The notes: generated from the letters alone by a model not told the origin. Positions 1 through 11,012 are shown, counted from the first letter of the stretch. The stretch: 64,000 nt of DNA from an uncultured beta proteobacterium (GCA_903889595.1 CAISYI010000099.1:4311-68310), one strand, 5' to 3'. Numbers and translations: made by a program.

Positions 1-214
1 TATTGCTGGCAAAGGGATTGCTAATCCGATTGGTCAGATTTGGAGTGCTGCAATGATGCTCGAGCACTTAGGTCACGTAGAAGCCTCAACAGCGATTGTG
101 AATGCCTTTGAAAAAGTCCTTGCCGCTGGACCAGATCATGCTCCTTTAACTCCTGATATGGGTGGTAAGGGGAATACTGTTGATTTTGGTAAAGCGATTG
201 CGCAAGCAATTTAA
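1..214 (+). CDS. Tartrate/D-malate (isocitrate/isopropylmalate family) dehydrogenase, 3' part only
   Basis: Frame from base 2 reads IAGKGIANPIGQIWSAAMMLEHLG...TPDMGGKGNT...AI*, stop TAA 212-214; typical C-terminus of the tartrate dehydrogenase subfamily. Confidence 0.85.
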   Translation, partial: IAGKGIANPIGQIWSAAMMLEHLGHVEASTAIVNAFEKVLAAGPDHAPLTPDMGGKGNTVDFGKAIAQAI

Positions 215-228
215 TGGATCATTCTTAA

Positions 229-1248
229 ATGCTAAAGCGAATTTCTGTTCTTGAGCAATCTGCCTCTGTGATGGGGCAGAGTGCTCAACAGACTATCATG
301 CAAGCGACCGAACTGGCGGTGCACTGTGAGAATTTAGGATTTGAACGCTTTTGGGTTTCCGAACATCATAGCCACCCAAGTATTATTGGTACAGCACCAG
401 AAATTTTGATGGCACATATTGCTGCTAAAACTAATCGTATTCGTCTTGGTAGCGCTGGTGTGATGTTGCCTCACTATAGCTCTTTAAAAGTCGCTGAACA
501 ATTTCGAGTTCTTGATGCATTAGCGCCAGGAAGAATTGATTTAGGCGTTGGTAGAGCCCCAGGAAGTGATTCAAGAACGGCCATGTTACTGAATCCAGAT
601 CCACAATCCGCAGCGCGCTTTCCAACGCAAATTCAAGAATTACAACTTTGGTTAAATGATGAAGAGTTTCCAGCAGGTCACCCAGCTCGTGGAGTGCATG
701 CTTATCCGGCAGGTTCTACAGCACCTGAAATTTGGGTATTAGGGAGTTCGGATTATGGTGCCCAAGTTGCAGCGCATTTTGGTTTGCCTTATGTTTTTGC
801 CCATTTTATTACGGATGGTGTTGGGGCTGCAGAAGCCTTGGATTTATATTTTGAAAATTTTAAACCTTCACAATACTTGGCTAAACCCAAAGCAATTATT
901 TGTGCTTGGTCATTAACTGCCGATACTGAAGAAAATGCGATTTATGCTTTTAGAAGCAGGGCGCGTTGGAAGTTGGATCGTAATAAAGGCTTACTTGGTG
1001 CGATGCAGGATCCGAAGTTTGCTTTAGACAACCTTAGTTCTCAAGAACTCAATGCTTTTGATCGGATGTGTGAAAAAGCCTTAATTGGAAATCCTGAGCA
1101 AGTTATCAATAAGTTAAACAACCTCTGTGATGAACTAAATATTGAAGAGGTAGCTGTCATTACTTGGGCACATGACTTTCAAATGCGCCTTGATTCTTAT
1201 CAACATTTAGCCTTTGCCCATCAGGCTAGGGAACTAACAGTTACCTAA
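229..1248 (+). CDS. Luciferase-like (LLM class) flavin-dependent oxidoreductase, YhbW-like
   Basis: FWVSEHH, IRLGSAGVMLPHYS, PGRIDLGVGRAPG motifs. Confidence 0.9.
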   Translation: MLKRISVLEQSASVMGQSAQQTIMQATELAVHCENLGFERFWVSEHHSHPSIIGTAPEILMAHIAAKTNRIRLGSAGVMLPHYSSLKVAEQFRVLDALAPGRIDLGVGRAPGSDSRTAMLLNPDPQSAARFPTQIQELQLWLNDEEFPAGHPARGVHAYPAGSTAPEIWVLGSSDYGAQVAAHFGLPYVFAHFITDGVGAAEALDLYFENFKPSQYLAKPKAIICAWSLTADTEENAIYAFRSRARWKLDRNKGLLGAMQDPKFALDNLSSQELNAFDRMCEKALIGNPEQVINKLNNLCDELNIEEVAVITWAHDFQMRLDSYQHLAFAHQARELTVT

Positions 1249-1316
1249 CAACTGATAGTCATTCTGAACAACTTTTCAAATGAGTTGGCAATCTTACTTG
1301 CACAACTCACTTCTAT

Positions 1317-1784
1317 TTATCGCCAATCTCTTCTGTTGTCGTGATCGCGATACTCACGGTAACTATTCTCACGGTAGTGACGCTGCTCATGCCATCTATC
1401 TCCATCTCTTCTATATGTTTGGTAGGGTTGTATGTATGCTGGCGTTGGGTAATAAACTTGAGGAACCGGTGGGTTGTAATAAACACTAGGGGCCGGATTT
1501 ACGTAATAACCCTGTCCATAAGAATAGACTGGAGGCGCATAGTGTGCGGTTTGATAGCCATTTGCATATCCAGAAGGGGCATTGCTGACTTGATTCGTAA
1601 CCATATCACCTGCCACTGCACCAATAATCGCCATGGCCAATTTGCCATTTCCTTGACCAAACTGAGCACCGGCAATACCACCAATTAATGCTCCTACTGG
1701 ATCTGCTTTAACTTGCGGAGCAGCAACCAAAAAAATAAAAGTACTTAAAAAGATAATTTTTTTTAATGAACCACTTGATTTCAT
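1317..1784 (-). CDS. Secreted glycine-zipper (2TM) protein with Tyr/Pro-rich and Arg/Asp/His-rich tail
   Basis: Signal peptide, GALIGGIAGAQFGQGNGKLAMAIIGAVAG glycine zipper. Confidence 0.7.
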   Translation of the reverse strand: MKSSGSLKKIIFLSTFIFLVAAPQVKADPVGALIGGIAGAQFGQGNGKLAMAIIGAVAGDMVTNQVSNAPSGYANGYQTAHYAPPVYSYGQGYYVNPAPSVYYNPPVPQVYYPTPAYIQPYQTYRRDGDRWHEQRHYRENSYREYRDHDNRRDWR

Positions 1785-1872
1785 GATATTTCCCTTTCAT
1801 CAGGAATTAGTTTCTACACTTCTATAACGGAGTGCATTCAAACTAAGTTGACGTTTGATAAAAAGAAAAAAA

Positions 1873-2721
1873 TTAACTAAACCGCTCTTCTAGTTCTGTT
1901 AGTTGTAATTTATTTAAGAGCGTATTTAAATCCTGCCGGGCTTTTAATTGTTGTTTTGAATTCAAGCCCCTATTCGCCACAATGAGTTCATTTTTCATAG
2001 AGTGTTCCCATCCCACAAGTTCTGTGACGGTTACTTTGTAACCATGGGCCTCTAATTGCAAAGTTCTTAAAACATTAGTAATGTGACTGCCAAACTCTCT
2101 ACTATGAATAGGTTGACGCCAGATTTGTGCGAGATAACTATCTTCACCATCAATTGATTTATTTTTTCTCAGAAAAGAGGCTACCTCAGCCTGACAGCAG
2201 GGCACTAAAACGAGATGTTGAACGTTTTTAGCAAGGGCAAAGCGTATTGCATCATCCGTGGCGGTATTACAGGCGTGGAGTGCTGTAACAAGGTCAATTT
2301 CAACGGGGAGCGCATCACTTTGAATTGCTTCTTCAGTAGATAAGAGATGAAAAGACATCGAATTGAATTCAAGCTTACTTGCTAATGCCTGGCAATATTC
2401 CACTAAATCTTTCCGTAATTCAAGGCCAATAATTTCCAAGGGTTTACTTTGAAGCTTGCCAACTAAATCAAAAAGAATAAAGCCAAGATAAGATTTTCCA
2501 GAACCAAAATCAACTAACTTTACTTTAGCCTGTTGCGACATTAACGATTCAATGATTGGCTCAATAAATTGAACTAAGTGGTAGACCTGTTTGAGTTTAC
2601 GCCGACTATCTTGATTCATTTTCCCATCGCGGGTCAAAATATGAAGTTCTTTTAGAAGCTCAATAGATTGATGTTCTTTAATCTCGTATTTGTCTTGCGT
2701 TTTTTTAGTAGTGGGTTTCAT
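1873..2721 (-). CDS. SAM-dependent methyltransferase (Methyltransf_32-like)
   Basis: LVDFGSGKSYLGF SAM motif, ALHACNTATD, VPCCQ. Confidence 0.85.
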   Translation of the reverse strand: MKPTTKKTQDKYEIKEHQSIELLKELHILTRDGKMNQDSRRKLKQVYHLVQFIEPIIESLMSQQAKVKLVDFGSGKSYLGFILFDLVGKLQSKPLEIIGLELRKDLVEYCQALASKLEFNSMSFHLLSTEEAIQSDALPVEIDLVTALHACNTATDDAIRFALAKNVQHLVLVPCCQAEVASFLRKNKSIDGEDSYLAQIWRQPIHSREFGSHITNVLRTLQLEAHGYKVTVTELVGWEHSMKNELIVANRGLNSKQQLKARQDLNTLLNKLQLTELEERFS

Positions 2722-2862
2722 AATTTTTACTAGAAAGAAGTAAATGAGAATAACATTAGTAATGATATGAAAATTAATGCACTCTTCACAGAAAAAAATA
2801 AAATTTCTGTTACGATTTAGGGCTTAGCACTTATCAAGTTCACTATACATAGTCAGTCTTTA

Positions 2863-4287
2863 ATGAAACCCCAAACCCCCCTTTATTATCCCCTAATGAT
2901 CATGGTAGTGCTGAATTTATCAGCATGTGCGGGCTTGATCAACCAAGATTCCAAACCACAAGTACCTGACATCACAAAAATCGAATCAAGATTAGAAACG
3001 ACCTCCCACCCGATTGAATCTAAATGGTGGGAAGCCTTTGGAGACCCGCAATTAAATCGACTCATCGAGTTGGGGGTTGGTAACTCTCCATCTTTAAAAA
3101 TGGCAAATGAGCGGGTACAAGTGTCGCAGGCACTTCTAAACTCAAGCCGATCTGTTTTGTTGCCACAAGTTGGACTTACAGGGCAGGTCAATCGACAGCA
3201 ATTATCTGAGAATTATATTTTTATTCCTGGTGTGATGGACCGAATTACGAATTACGGCTACGTTGCTGGTACATTCTCATGGTCACTTGACTTGTGGGGG
3301 AAGAATGAAAAACTATTTGAGGCTTCAAAGTCTAGATTAAAGGGAGCTTTACTTGACGGTGAGATGTCTCGATTAAATTTACAAATAGCAATTGTTGCTG
3401 CATATGCTGAGTTCGATATTGCTTTAAAGAGTCGAGACTTGATGAAAAGGGCAAACATAATTCAACAAGAGTTGCTAGATATTTACAAAGTACGCCAACA
3501 AAATGGATTAATTGATAACCTTGCTGTGGAGCAGATGGCAATTGAAGTTGAAAAATCTTCAGCTCAACTGGCGATGGCACAGTCGGTAGTGGATATGTAT
3601 GCTACCCAACTTGCAATATTAACTGGTAATTCACCAAGTTGGGCTGTTAATATCAACACGCCCAACATCCGTATCCCAGAAAAATCTTTTGTCCTCAATC
3701 AACAAATACCTTCAGACTTAATTGCTAGAAGACCTGATTTGCAAGTTTTATTAAGTCAAATTGATGCGAGTGGATTGGAATATTCAGCTTCTAAGCTCGA
3801 CTACTTACCAAGTTTTGATTTGCAAGCCAGTGTGGGTTACCAATCCTTTGGCCTTGATCGTTTTATTAGTAGTTCTAGCCAGTTTTTCTCCATCGGCCCA
3901 GTTTTTAATTTACCGATTTTTAACGGTGGCAGAATTGATGCCAACGTGGCAGCAAAGAAGGCAACAAATAATGAAGCTATTGCAAGGTATCATGAGGCTT
4001 TATTGCAAGCACTCAAACAATCTGCTGATGGAATTACCAAAGTAAAATTCGCTACTCAACAGTTACATTTCCAAAAACAAGCAACAGAGAAATCACTATT
4101 TATTTATGACCAGTTAGCGTCACGCAAAAAAAATGGCTTAATCTCTAACGAGAAATTGTTACAAAATGAGCTCCTACTGATTTCTCAGAAACAACTTTTA
4201 GAACAAACAAATCTCAATGCTGAAAGTTCTTACCTTTATCTAATTCAAGCTTTGGGCGGTGGTTTTTCTTCACCAATCCAAGAATAA
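2863..4287 (+). CDS. Efflux outer-membrane lipoprotein (NodT/TolC family)
   Basis: Lipobox LSAC, WWEAFGDPQL, IPSDLIARRPD, C-terminal ALGGG. Confidence 0.9.
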   Translation: MKPQTPLYYPLMIMVVLNLSACAGLINQDSKPQVPDITKIESRLETTSHPIESKWWEAFGDPQLNRLIELGVGNSPSLKMANERVQVSQALLNSSRSVLLPQVGLTGQVNRQQLSENYIFIPGVMDRITNYGYVAGTFSWSLDLWGKNEKLFEASKSRLKGALLDGEMSRLNLQIAIVAAYAEFDIALKSRDLMKRANIIQQELLDIYKVRQQNGLIDNLAVEQMAIEVEKSSAQLAMAQSVVDMYATQLAILTGNSPSWAVNINTPNIRIPEKSFVLNQQIPSDLIARRPDLQVLLSQIDASGLEYSASKLDYLPSFDLQASVGYQSFGLDRFISSSSQFFSIGPVFNLPIFNGGRIDANVAAKKATNNEAIARYHEALLQALKQSADGITKVKFATQQLHFQKQATEKSLFIYDQLASRKKNGLISNEKLLQNELLLISQKQLLEQTNLNAESSYLYLIQALGGGFSSPIQE

Positions 4288-4323
4288 AATCTCTAACTAA
4301 ATAACCTTAAATTAAAGAATCCC

Positions 4324-5433
4324 ATGAGTGAAACAAACCCAAAATTGAATCGTAAAAAATCATTTAAGATTTTCTTTATCCTATTAATTATTATTTTAAT
4401 TTCTTATTTAGTTTATCAATTCTCGTTGGGGATGCACTATGAAAGTACTGACAATGCTTATGTGAGTGCTCCTCAATTACAGGTTAGTTCTCAAGTTGAG
4501 GGTACTATTTCTGCGGTTTTAGTTGCTGAAACACAATTTGTAAAGTCTGGTGAAACGCTTTATAGGATCGATATGACTGAGTCAAAAATCGCTTCAGAAA
4601 TGGCAGATGCTGATTTAATAAAAGCGGTTAAAACAGTTAGAGGTTTAGTTCTTAATGCTGAACAAAAAAAGCAAGACTTTGATCGCGCGAACCAAGATTA
4701 TCAAAGGAGAGTTTCGCTAAAAGGCCCAGCTGCATATTCAACTGAAGAAATTGATCATTTAAAAACACAGTTTGAAGTCACTAAAAATCTCTACAATCAA
4801 GCCTTAGAAAATGCTTACGGCATCACTAAATTTGAAAAAATATCAAGCCATCCTGAAGTATTGAAAGCAATTGGACAGGTAAAAAAGAATTACGTCACCT
4901 TATTACGTTCTGAGGTAAAAGCTCCAGTTGATGCCGTTGTTGCAAAAAGAAATGCACAAGTTGGTCAACGTGTGATTCCTGGGACTGTCTTAGTCGGTTT
5001 GATATTGAATGACTCTATGTGGGTTGATGCCAATTTTAAAGAAAATCAATTAGCGAATATTCGGATTGGTCAACCTGTTGAATTGGAGGCCGATATTTAT
5101 GGTTCAAAAGTAAACTTTCCTGGCAAGGTAATTGGTTTTTCACCAGGTACTGGTTCTTCATTAGCCTTATTACCAGCCCAAAATGCAACTGGTAACTGGG
5201 TTAAAGTAGTTCAAAGATTACCCGTCAGAATCGAGATTGATTCAGAAACATTGAAGAAGTATCCGCTAAAAGTCGGTTTATCAATGGTCGCAAAAATTGA
5301 CATCGCTGATCGAAAAGGAATGCCTTTGGAGTCTATGAAGAGTAGTGAACTGATTTCCACGCCTATCTTTGAGCAACAAGCACTTGAAGCAGATAAGCAT
5401 GCTTCAATTATCCTTGCTAAGGCGAATAAATAA
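4324..5433 (+). CDS. emrA: EmrA-family membrane fusion protein
   Basis: ESTDNAYV, WVDANFKE, LLPAQNATGNWVKVVQRLPVRI. Confidence 0.9.
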   Translation: MSETNPKLNRKKSFKIFFILLIIILISYLVYQFSLGMHYESTDNAYVSAPQLQVSSQVEGTISAVLVAETQFVKSGETLYRIDMTESKIASEMADADLIKAVKTVRGLVLNAEQKKQDFDRANQDYQRRVSLKGPAAYSTEEIDHLKTQFEVTKNLYNQALENAYGITKFEKISSHPEVLKAIGQVKKNYVTLLRSEVKAPVDAVVAKRNAQVGQRVIPGTVLVGLILNDSMWVDANFKENQLANIRIGQPVELEADIYGSKVNFPGKVIGFSPGTGSSLALLPAQNATGNWVKVVQRLPVRIEIDSETLKKYPLKVGLSMVAKIDIADRKGMPLESMKSSELISTPIFEQQALEADKHASIILAKANK

Positions 5434-5435
5434 GT

Positions 5436-6998
5436 ATGTCTGATATAACCCCTTCAATCTCTAAAGGGAATTCAACAAACCAAGAGCCCTTACATGGAAT
5501 CAAACTCGTCTTAGCTACGATAGCTTTAGGGCTTGGTTCTTTCATGAATGTTCTTGATATTTCCATAGCAAACGTCTCTTTACCAACAATTGCTGGAGAT
5601 TTTGCTGTTAGTCCTGCTCAAGGTACTTGGGTTATTACCTCCTATGCAGTGAGTGAAGCTATTATGTTACCTCTTACGGGTTGGCTTTCTAGTCGATTTG
5701 GGGAGATTAAGCAATTCATTATTGCTACCTTACTCTTTACCTTATTTTCAGTTTTATGTGGGCTAGCGTGGTCTTTTCCAGTACTTTTAATTGGTCGTAT
5801 CTTTCAGGGAATTGTTGGCGCTTCCATGATTCCACTGTCTCAAGCATTAATCGTTAGAAGTTTTCCGGTTGAAAAAAGAGGCATGGCCCTTGGTATTTGG
5901 GCATTAACAACGATTATTGCACCGGTCTCTGGCCCTTTAATCGGCGGTTGGTTAACAGATCATTATTCTTGGCGTTGGGTGTTTTATATCAATATTCCCT
6001 TTGGTCTATTGTGTACAGGTCTGGTTTACTGGCTGATGAAGGGGCGGGATAATGTTCCCGTTAAAAAACCAATCGATGCGATTGGACTATTACTTTTGGC
6101 AATCGGTGTCGGATGTCTGCAAATCATGCTTGATAAAGGCAATGAATTAGACTGGTTTTCATCAAGCTTTATTTCTACAGTAGCCGTTATTTCAATCATT
6201 AGCTTAATTAGCTTTGTTATTTGGGAGCTAGGTGAGGAGCATCCTGTAGTCGATTTGTCACTGTTTAAAATACCTAATTTCTTAATTTCTTGCCTTTGCC
6301 TGTTTGTAGGTTCTTTTGCTTTTTATATTTTTGTTGTGATTGGACCTTTGTGGATGCAAACACAATTAGGATACACCCCAGTGATTGCCGGCATGGTCAT
6401 GGCCAGTACCGGGCTCTTAGCGATTGTTGCTGGTCCATTATTTGGCTCACAATTACCTAAGCTAGGTGCTCGCCGCGTCGCCACTTTTGGATATATTTGT
6501 TTTGCTATATCAGCCATTTGGAGCGGATCGATTACTACTGATGTCGATTTTCATTATCTACAAACGACCCGATGGATTATGGGTTTTGGTATTGCAGGAT
6601 TTTTTGTACCGCTAACGGCGATTTCACTTTCAAGACTCAAAGGATCTCAAATTGCTGCAGGAGCAGGTTTAACTAATTTTTTAAGAAATTTAGGGGGGAG
6701 TATAGGTACTGCCCTTGGAGTGACAATTTGGCAAAATGATGCCATTCGTAATCATGCGGTACTGAGCGAGTCTATTCAGCCTAGTAACTTACAATTTGTA
6801 GAGGTAACTAATTACCTTACTGGACTTGGCTTAGAAGAGGCCTCTCAATTGCAACTCATCGATCTATTGGTAACTTCCCAAGCCTATATGCTTTCGACGA
6901 ATCACTTATTGACCATGTCTGGAATCATAATGTTGAGCTTGATTCCCATTATTTGGTTTGCAAAGCCTCCATTTGCTGCAGGTGGCGGCGGACATTAG
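5436..6998 (+). CDS. emrB: DHA2 (EmrB/QacA) MFS efflux permease
   Basis: FMNVLDISIANVSLPTI, QGTWVITSYAV, SWRWVFYINIP; follows emrA. Confidence 0.9.
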   Translation: MSDITPSISKGNSTNQEPLHGIKLVLATIALGLGSFMNVLDISIANVSLPTIAGDFAVSPAQGTWVITSYAVSEAIMLPLTGWLSSRFGEIKQFIIATLLFTLFSVLCGLAWSFPVLLIGRIFQGIVGASMIPLSQALIVRSFPVEKRGMALGIWALTTIIAPVSGPLIGGWLTDHYSWRWVFYINIPFGLLCTGLVYWLMKGRDNVPVKKPIDAIGLLLLAIGVGCLQIMLDKGNELDWFSSSFISTVAVISIISLISFVIWELGEEHPVVDLSLFKIPNFLISCLCLFVGSFAFYIFVVIGPLWMQTQLGYTPVIAGMVMASTGLLAIVAGPLFGSQLPKLGARRVATFGYICFAISAIWSGSITTDVDFHYLQTTRWIMGFGIAGFFVPLTAISLSRLKGSQIAAGAGLTNFLRNLGGSIGTALGVTIWQNDAIRNHAVLSESIQPSNLQFVEVTNYLTGLGLEEASQLQLIDLLVTSQAYMLSTNHLLTMSGIIMLSLIPIIWFAKPPFAAGGGGH

Positions 6999-7030
6999 AT
7001 TGCTGGATTGCTTAACTTGCAATAAAGCGT

Positions 7031-7729
7031 TTAAATATTCCAGATGGGCTCTTTTTTAGACTTCTTTTGGATATCTTGAAGCACTTCTTGATGATTGCTC
7101 AGCTCATTTGAATCGGCTTTGATTACCTTTAAATTTTTTGGAAGTTCAGAAAGAAAATGCATTTGGGAGCTGTTTTTTTCAGCAATATCATTCGTCTCCA
7201 TGCCTAAATCATTTTGTCCACGGGTCATACACAAATAGACTTCGGATAATAATTCAGCGTCTAATAAGGCACCATGGAATGTACGATGATCGTTTCGAAC
7301 TTCAAACCTCTGACACAGCGCATCTAAATTATTTCGCTTTCCAGGGAACATTTGTTGCGCATTTTTAAGTGTATCGATTACACCAGAGATCATCGAGCTA
7401 AACAAAGGATATCCAGCTTTGCGAAACTCCATATCTAAAAAACCCATATCAAAAGATGCATTATGAATAATCACTTCAGCATCTTTCGTAAAGCTAATAA
7501 TATCTTCCACCAAATCTTTAAATACGGGCTTATCACTTAGAAACTCAGTTCGCAAACCATGAATTCTGGCTGCTTCCTCTGGGATGTCTCGTTCTGGATT
7601 GATATAAAAATGAAGGGAATTACCAGTAAGCCTTCGATTGAGAAGTTCAATACATCCAATCTCAACAATTCGGTCACCATTTTTTGGGCTTAAACCCGTT
7701 GTTTCAGTATCAAGAATTATTTGTCGCAT
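7031..7729 (-). CDS. dnaQ: DNA polymerase III epsilon subunit
   Basis: MRQIILDTETTG, HNASFD, HGALLDAELL DEDDh motifs. Confidence 0.95.
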   Translation of the reverse strand: MRQIILDTETTGLSPKNGDRIVEIGCIELLNRRLTGNSLHFYINPERDIPEEAARIHGLRTEFLSDKPVFKDLVEDIISFTKDAEVIIHNASFDMGFLDMEFRKAGYPLFSSMISGVIDTLKNAQQMFPGKRNNLDALCQRFEVRNDHRTFHGALLDAELLSEVYLCMTRGQNDLGMETNDIAEKNSSQMHFLSELPKNLKVIKADSNELSNHQEVLQDIQKKSKKEPIWNI

Positions 7730-7755
7730 TGTTGAATTTTAGCAAACTATTATTG

Positions 7756-7787
7756 AAAAAAAACCCCAAGGTCAAAGCACTTGGGGT
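7756..7787 (-). terminator. Rho-independent terminator after the RND permease
   Basis: ACCCCAAG...CTTGGGGT stem; the adjacent A8 on + is the U-tract on the - strand. Confidence 0.7.
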
Positions 7788-7813
7788 CGTCATACTTTTA
7801 CTCCATTTGAGGA

Positions 7814-10800
7814 TTAATCAGGCATCATTTCTGGTGGAATATTTAAAGGACCATCACCGGCAATTTTATCCATATAGATATAAATTACTGGAGTGATATA
7901 GAGCGTAATGACTTGAGAAAACAGTAAACCTCCAACAACCGCAATACCTAGTGGTTGTCGTAACTCTGCTCCAGCACCAAGGCCAAATGCAATGGGTAAG
8001 GCACCCATCATTGCGGCAAGTGTAGTCATTAAAATTGGTCTAAACCTTACCAGGCAGGCTAGTTTGATGGCTTCATCTGCAGGTAAATTTTTGCTTCGTT
8101 TTGCGTCTAGTGCAAAATCAATCATTAAAATCGCATTTTTCTTCACAATACCAATTAGTAAAAGAATACCAATCGTTGCAATGATTGTTAGTTCCATGCC
8201 AAAGAGCTGTAAAAATACTAGCGCTCCGATTGCCGCTGAAGGTAAACCAGCGAGAATCGTTAAAGGATGAATGTAACTTTCATATAAAACGCCTAGAAGA
8301 ACATAGATTACTAAAACAGCTGCTATCAATAAGATCGCTTGGCCTGATTGACCATCTTTAAAGACTGCAGCATCACCACCGTAACTGGTAATAATTGAAG
8401 TTGGCAATTTAATTTCTTTAGTAAAGTTTTCTAGTTTTGTCGTTGCATTACCTAAAGGTACATCTGGGGCTAGGTTAAATGAAATCGTGACTGCCGGAAT
8501 TTGTCCTTGGTGGTTCACTGCTGTTGGGCCGATGAAGCGCTCAAAGGAGGCAATACCACTCAGAGGAACTAACTTGTCAGTTGCTCTACCTCTTAAATAA
8601 ATGGAATTTAAATCAGATTCGAATTGTTTATCTCCGGCTGTAACTTCTAGAATTACTTGGTAAGTATTGACCGGGGTATAAATAGTTGATACCTGTTTCT
8701 CACCATAGGCGGAATATAGTGCTGTCCTGATATCCTGCATCGTGACACCAGCACTAGCAGCTTTCTCACGATTAATATTTACTCGGACGTTTAACCCCTT
8801 TAATTGTGAATCACTGGTGACGTCTCTGAAGTCCGGATCAGCTTTCATTTTTGCTTGAACTTTTTCCGACCATTCATTCACTCCTTCAATCCCGACGCTT
8901 TGGAGAATGAATTGGTATCGACTTTTACTTTGTTTACCGCCAAGTTGTAAATTTTGAACTGGGCGCATATAGACTAATAGTCCTGGAATTTTTCTGAAGT
9001 TTTTCCTTAAGTTTTCTAGTACTAAACTCATTTTCGGACGATCACCTTTAGGCTTAAGATTCAGAAAGAGTCGGCCAATATTGGTACCTGTACTTGCCCC
9101 GCCGCCTAACACCGATACAAAAGTATCCACATTGGGGTCGTTCATGACTGAGTTAGCAGCTAGATCTTGGATAGCTAACATCGCCTCAAAAGAAATATCT
9201 TCAGAAGCTTCTGTTGTGACGATAATTTGACCAATATCTTCTTCTGGGAAAAAGCCTTTTGGAATCCACATAAACAAAGCGGCAGTGATTGCAAAAGTGG
9301 CAAAGGCTGCACAGAGTACTACAAAGCGGTGTTTCAAAGCTATATCTAAGGTTTTTGAATAACCATTAAAGATGGCGTTAAAAAGAATTTCAAATTTTCT
9401 AACAATCCAAGGATCTTTCGGATGATGACCATGCGCCATATTGGGTAAAAATTTACTACATAACATCGGAACCAGAGTTAATGAAACAACTGCTGAAACC
9501 AGTATGGATAAGCTCACCACTACAGCAAACTCTCTGAATAATAAACCTACAGGTCCAGGCATAAAGAAAATGGGGATAAACACCGCAACTAAAGAAATTG
9601 AAATCGAAATAATCGTAAAACCAACTTCTTTACTACCTTTCAACGCAGCCTTCAAAGGATGCATACCTTCTTCAATGTATCGGATAATATTTTCAAGTAC
9701 AACAATGGAGTCATCCACCACCAACCCGACAGCTAAGGTAATGCCTAATAGGGAGACATTGTCTAAACTGTAACCCATAAAATACATTAAAAAGAAGGCC
9801 CCGATTAAAGAAACTGGCAAACTTAATGCTGGAATCAAAGTGGCAGCAGCTTGTTTTAAAAACAAGAAAATCACTAGAACAACGAGAAGGATGGTGAGAC
9901 CTAAGGTTAAATTAACATCGTGTAGCGATTCTTTGATAGATCTTGAACGGTCATTGAGTAAATTGACCTTTAATGAAGCTGGTAATTGTTTCTCAAACTG
10001 TGGAATCATCCCTTTGATGGAATCAACCACTTTTACCGTATTAGCACTTGGCTGTCTCAAGATTGCGATAATAATACTACGCTCATCCTTAAAGCGCCCT
10101 AAACTTTTTATACTTTCAAATGACTCTGATACTTCTGCAACATCCTTAAGGCGAATTGGATTGCCACCTCGTTGAGCAATAATCAAATCTGCATAATCAG
10201 TAGCCTTAACCATTTGAGCATTTGCATAGATGGTTAACGACTGTCTGGGACCGTCTAAAACTCCTACAGGTGAGTTAGAGTTGGCTCTATTAATAGCGAT
10301 ATTTAAATCGTCCATTGTGAGGTTATTCAGGGCTAACTTTGCAGGAATTGCACGAACTCGAACGGCGTATCTTTTTGAGCCGTACACTAAAACTTGCGCA
10401 ACCCCTTCAATCGTTGAAAGATTTGGTGAAAGTAGATTTTCTGCATAGTCTGTGATTTGTGCCAAATTCATCGATGGTGATGTCAATGCTAAAAGCAAAA
10501 CCGGCGCATCAGCTGGGTTTACCTTCCGGTATGACGGAGGTATCAGCATTTCTATAGGAAGCCTTCTTTGAGCTCTTAATAACGCAGCCTGAACATCAAC
10601 CGCAGCCTTGTCAATGTCACGATTATTGTTGAACTCAAGAGTGATACTTGTATTTGATAAATAATTAATTGAGCTGATGACGTTAATGCCGTCAATGGTT
10701 GAAAATTCTTTTTCAAGCGGCAATGCGACACTTGAGGCCATATTTTCTGGGCTGGCACCCGGTAAACTCGCTGAAACTTGAATAACTGGAGAGTTGAAAC

Positions 10801-10915
10801 TCGGTAATGCCGCAACGGGTATCTTCGTATAGGCAATTGCACCAGCAACTACGATAGCCAAAGATAACAAAATTGTCATTACCGGACGTCTAATACATAG
10901 TTCAGATATGGTCAT
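7814..10915 (-). CDS. RND efflux permease (MdtB/MdtC-like)
   Basis: 1033 aa, IRRPV start, GLVVDDSIVVLENI, GIVKKNAILMIDFA, RFRPILMTT. Confidence 0.92.
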   Translation of the reverse strand: MTISELCIRRPVMTILLSLAIVVAGAIAYTKIPVAALPSFNSPVIQVSASLPGASPENMASSVALPLEKEFSTIDGINVISSINYLSNTSITLEFNNNRDIDKAAVDVQAALLRAQRRLPIEMLIPPSYRKVNPADAPVLLLALTSPSMNLAQITDYAENLLSPNLSTIEGVAQVLVYGSKRYAVRVRAIPAKLALNNLTMDDLNIAINRANSNSPVGVLDGPRQSLTIYANAQMVKATDYADLIIAQRGGNPIRLKDVAEVSESFESIKSLGRFKDERSIIIAILRQPSANTVKVVDSIKGMIPQFEKQLPASLKVNLLNDRSRSIKESLHDVNLTLGLTILLVVLVIFLFLKQAAATLIPALSLPVSLIGAFFLMYFMGYSLDNVSLLGITLAVGLVVDDSIVVLENIIRYIEEGMHPLKAALKGSKEVGFTIISISISLVAVFIPIFFMPGPVGLLFREFAVVVSLSILVSAVVSLTLVPMLCSKFLPNMAHGHHPKDPWIVRKFEILFNAIFNGYSKTLDIALKHRFVVLCAAFATFAITAALFMWIPKGFFPEEDIGQIIVTTEASEDISFEAMLAIQDLAANSVMNDPNVDTFVSVLGGGASTGTNIGRLFLNLKPKGDRPKMSLVLENLRKNFRKIPGLLVYMRPVQNLQLGGKQSKSRYQFILQSVGIEGVNEWSEKVQAKMKADPDFRDVTSDSQLKGLNVRVNINREKAASAGVTMQDIRTALYSAYGEKQVSTIYTPVNTYQVILEVTAGDKQFESDLNSIYLRGRATDKLVPLSGIASFERFIGPTAVNHQGQIPAVTISFNLAPDVPLGNATTKLENFTKEIKLPTSIITSYGGDAAVFKDGQSGQAILLIAAVLVIYVLLGVLYESYIHPLTILAGLPSAAIGALVFLQLFGMELTIIATIGILLLIGIVKKNAILMIDFALDAKRSKNLPADEAIKLACLVRFRPILMTTLAAMMGALPIAFGLGAGAELRQPLGIAVVGGLLFSQVITLYITPVIYIYMDKIAGDGPLNIPPEMMPD

Positions 10916-11012
10916 TTTAGTATTTCACTTTACATAATTTCACATGGCAGAATCTGGTGAGAGATATCTACGTTGGTTATTCAAGTTGAATGATAAGAAT
11001 ACTCACAAAGTC

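Noticed and set aside
3512-3536. TTGAT followed by AACCTTGCTGTGGAG in the OMF gene, a partial match to the predicted omega-RNA guide
   Set aside because: Mismatch at seed position 5 and about 13/20 identity overall; expected by chance in AT-rich DNA
7992-10848. Several 70-110 aa ORFs overlapping the RND gene, and similar ones over carB, ftsH, pstA, the sulfatase and ggt
   Set aside because: Antisense or out-of-frame shadows of well-supported long genes
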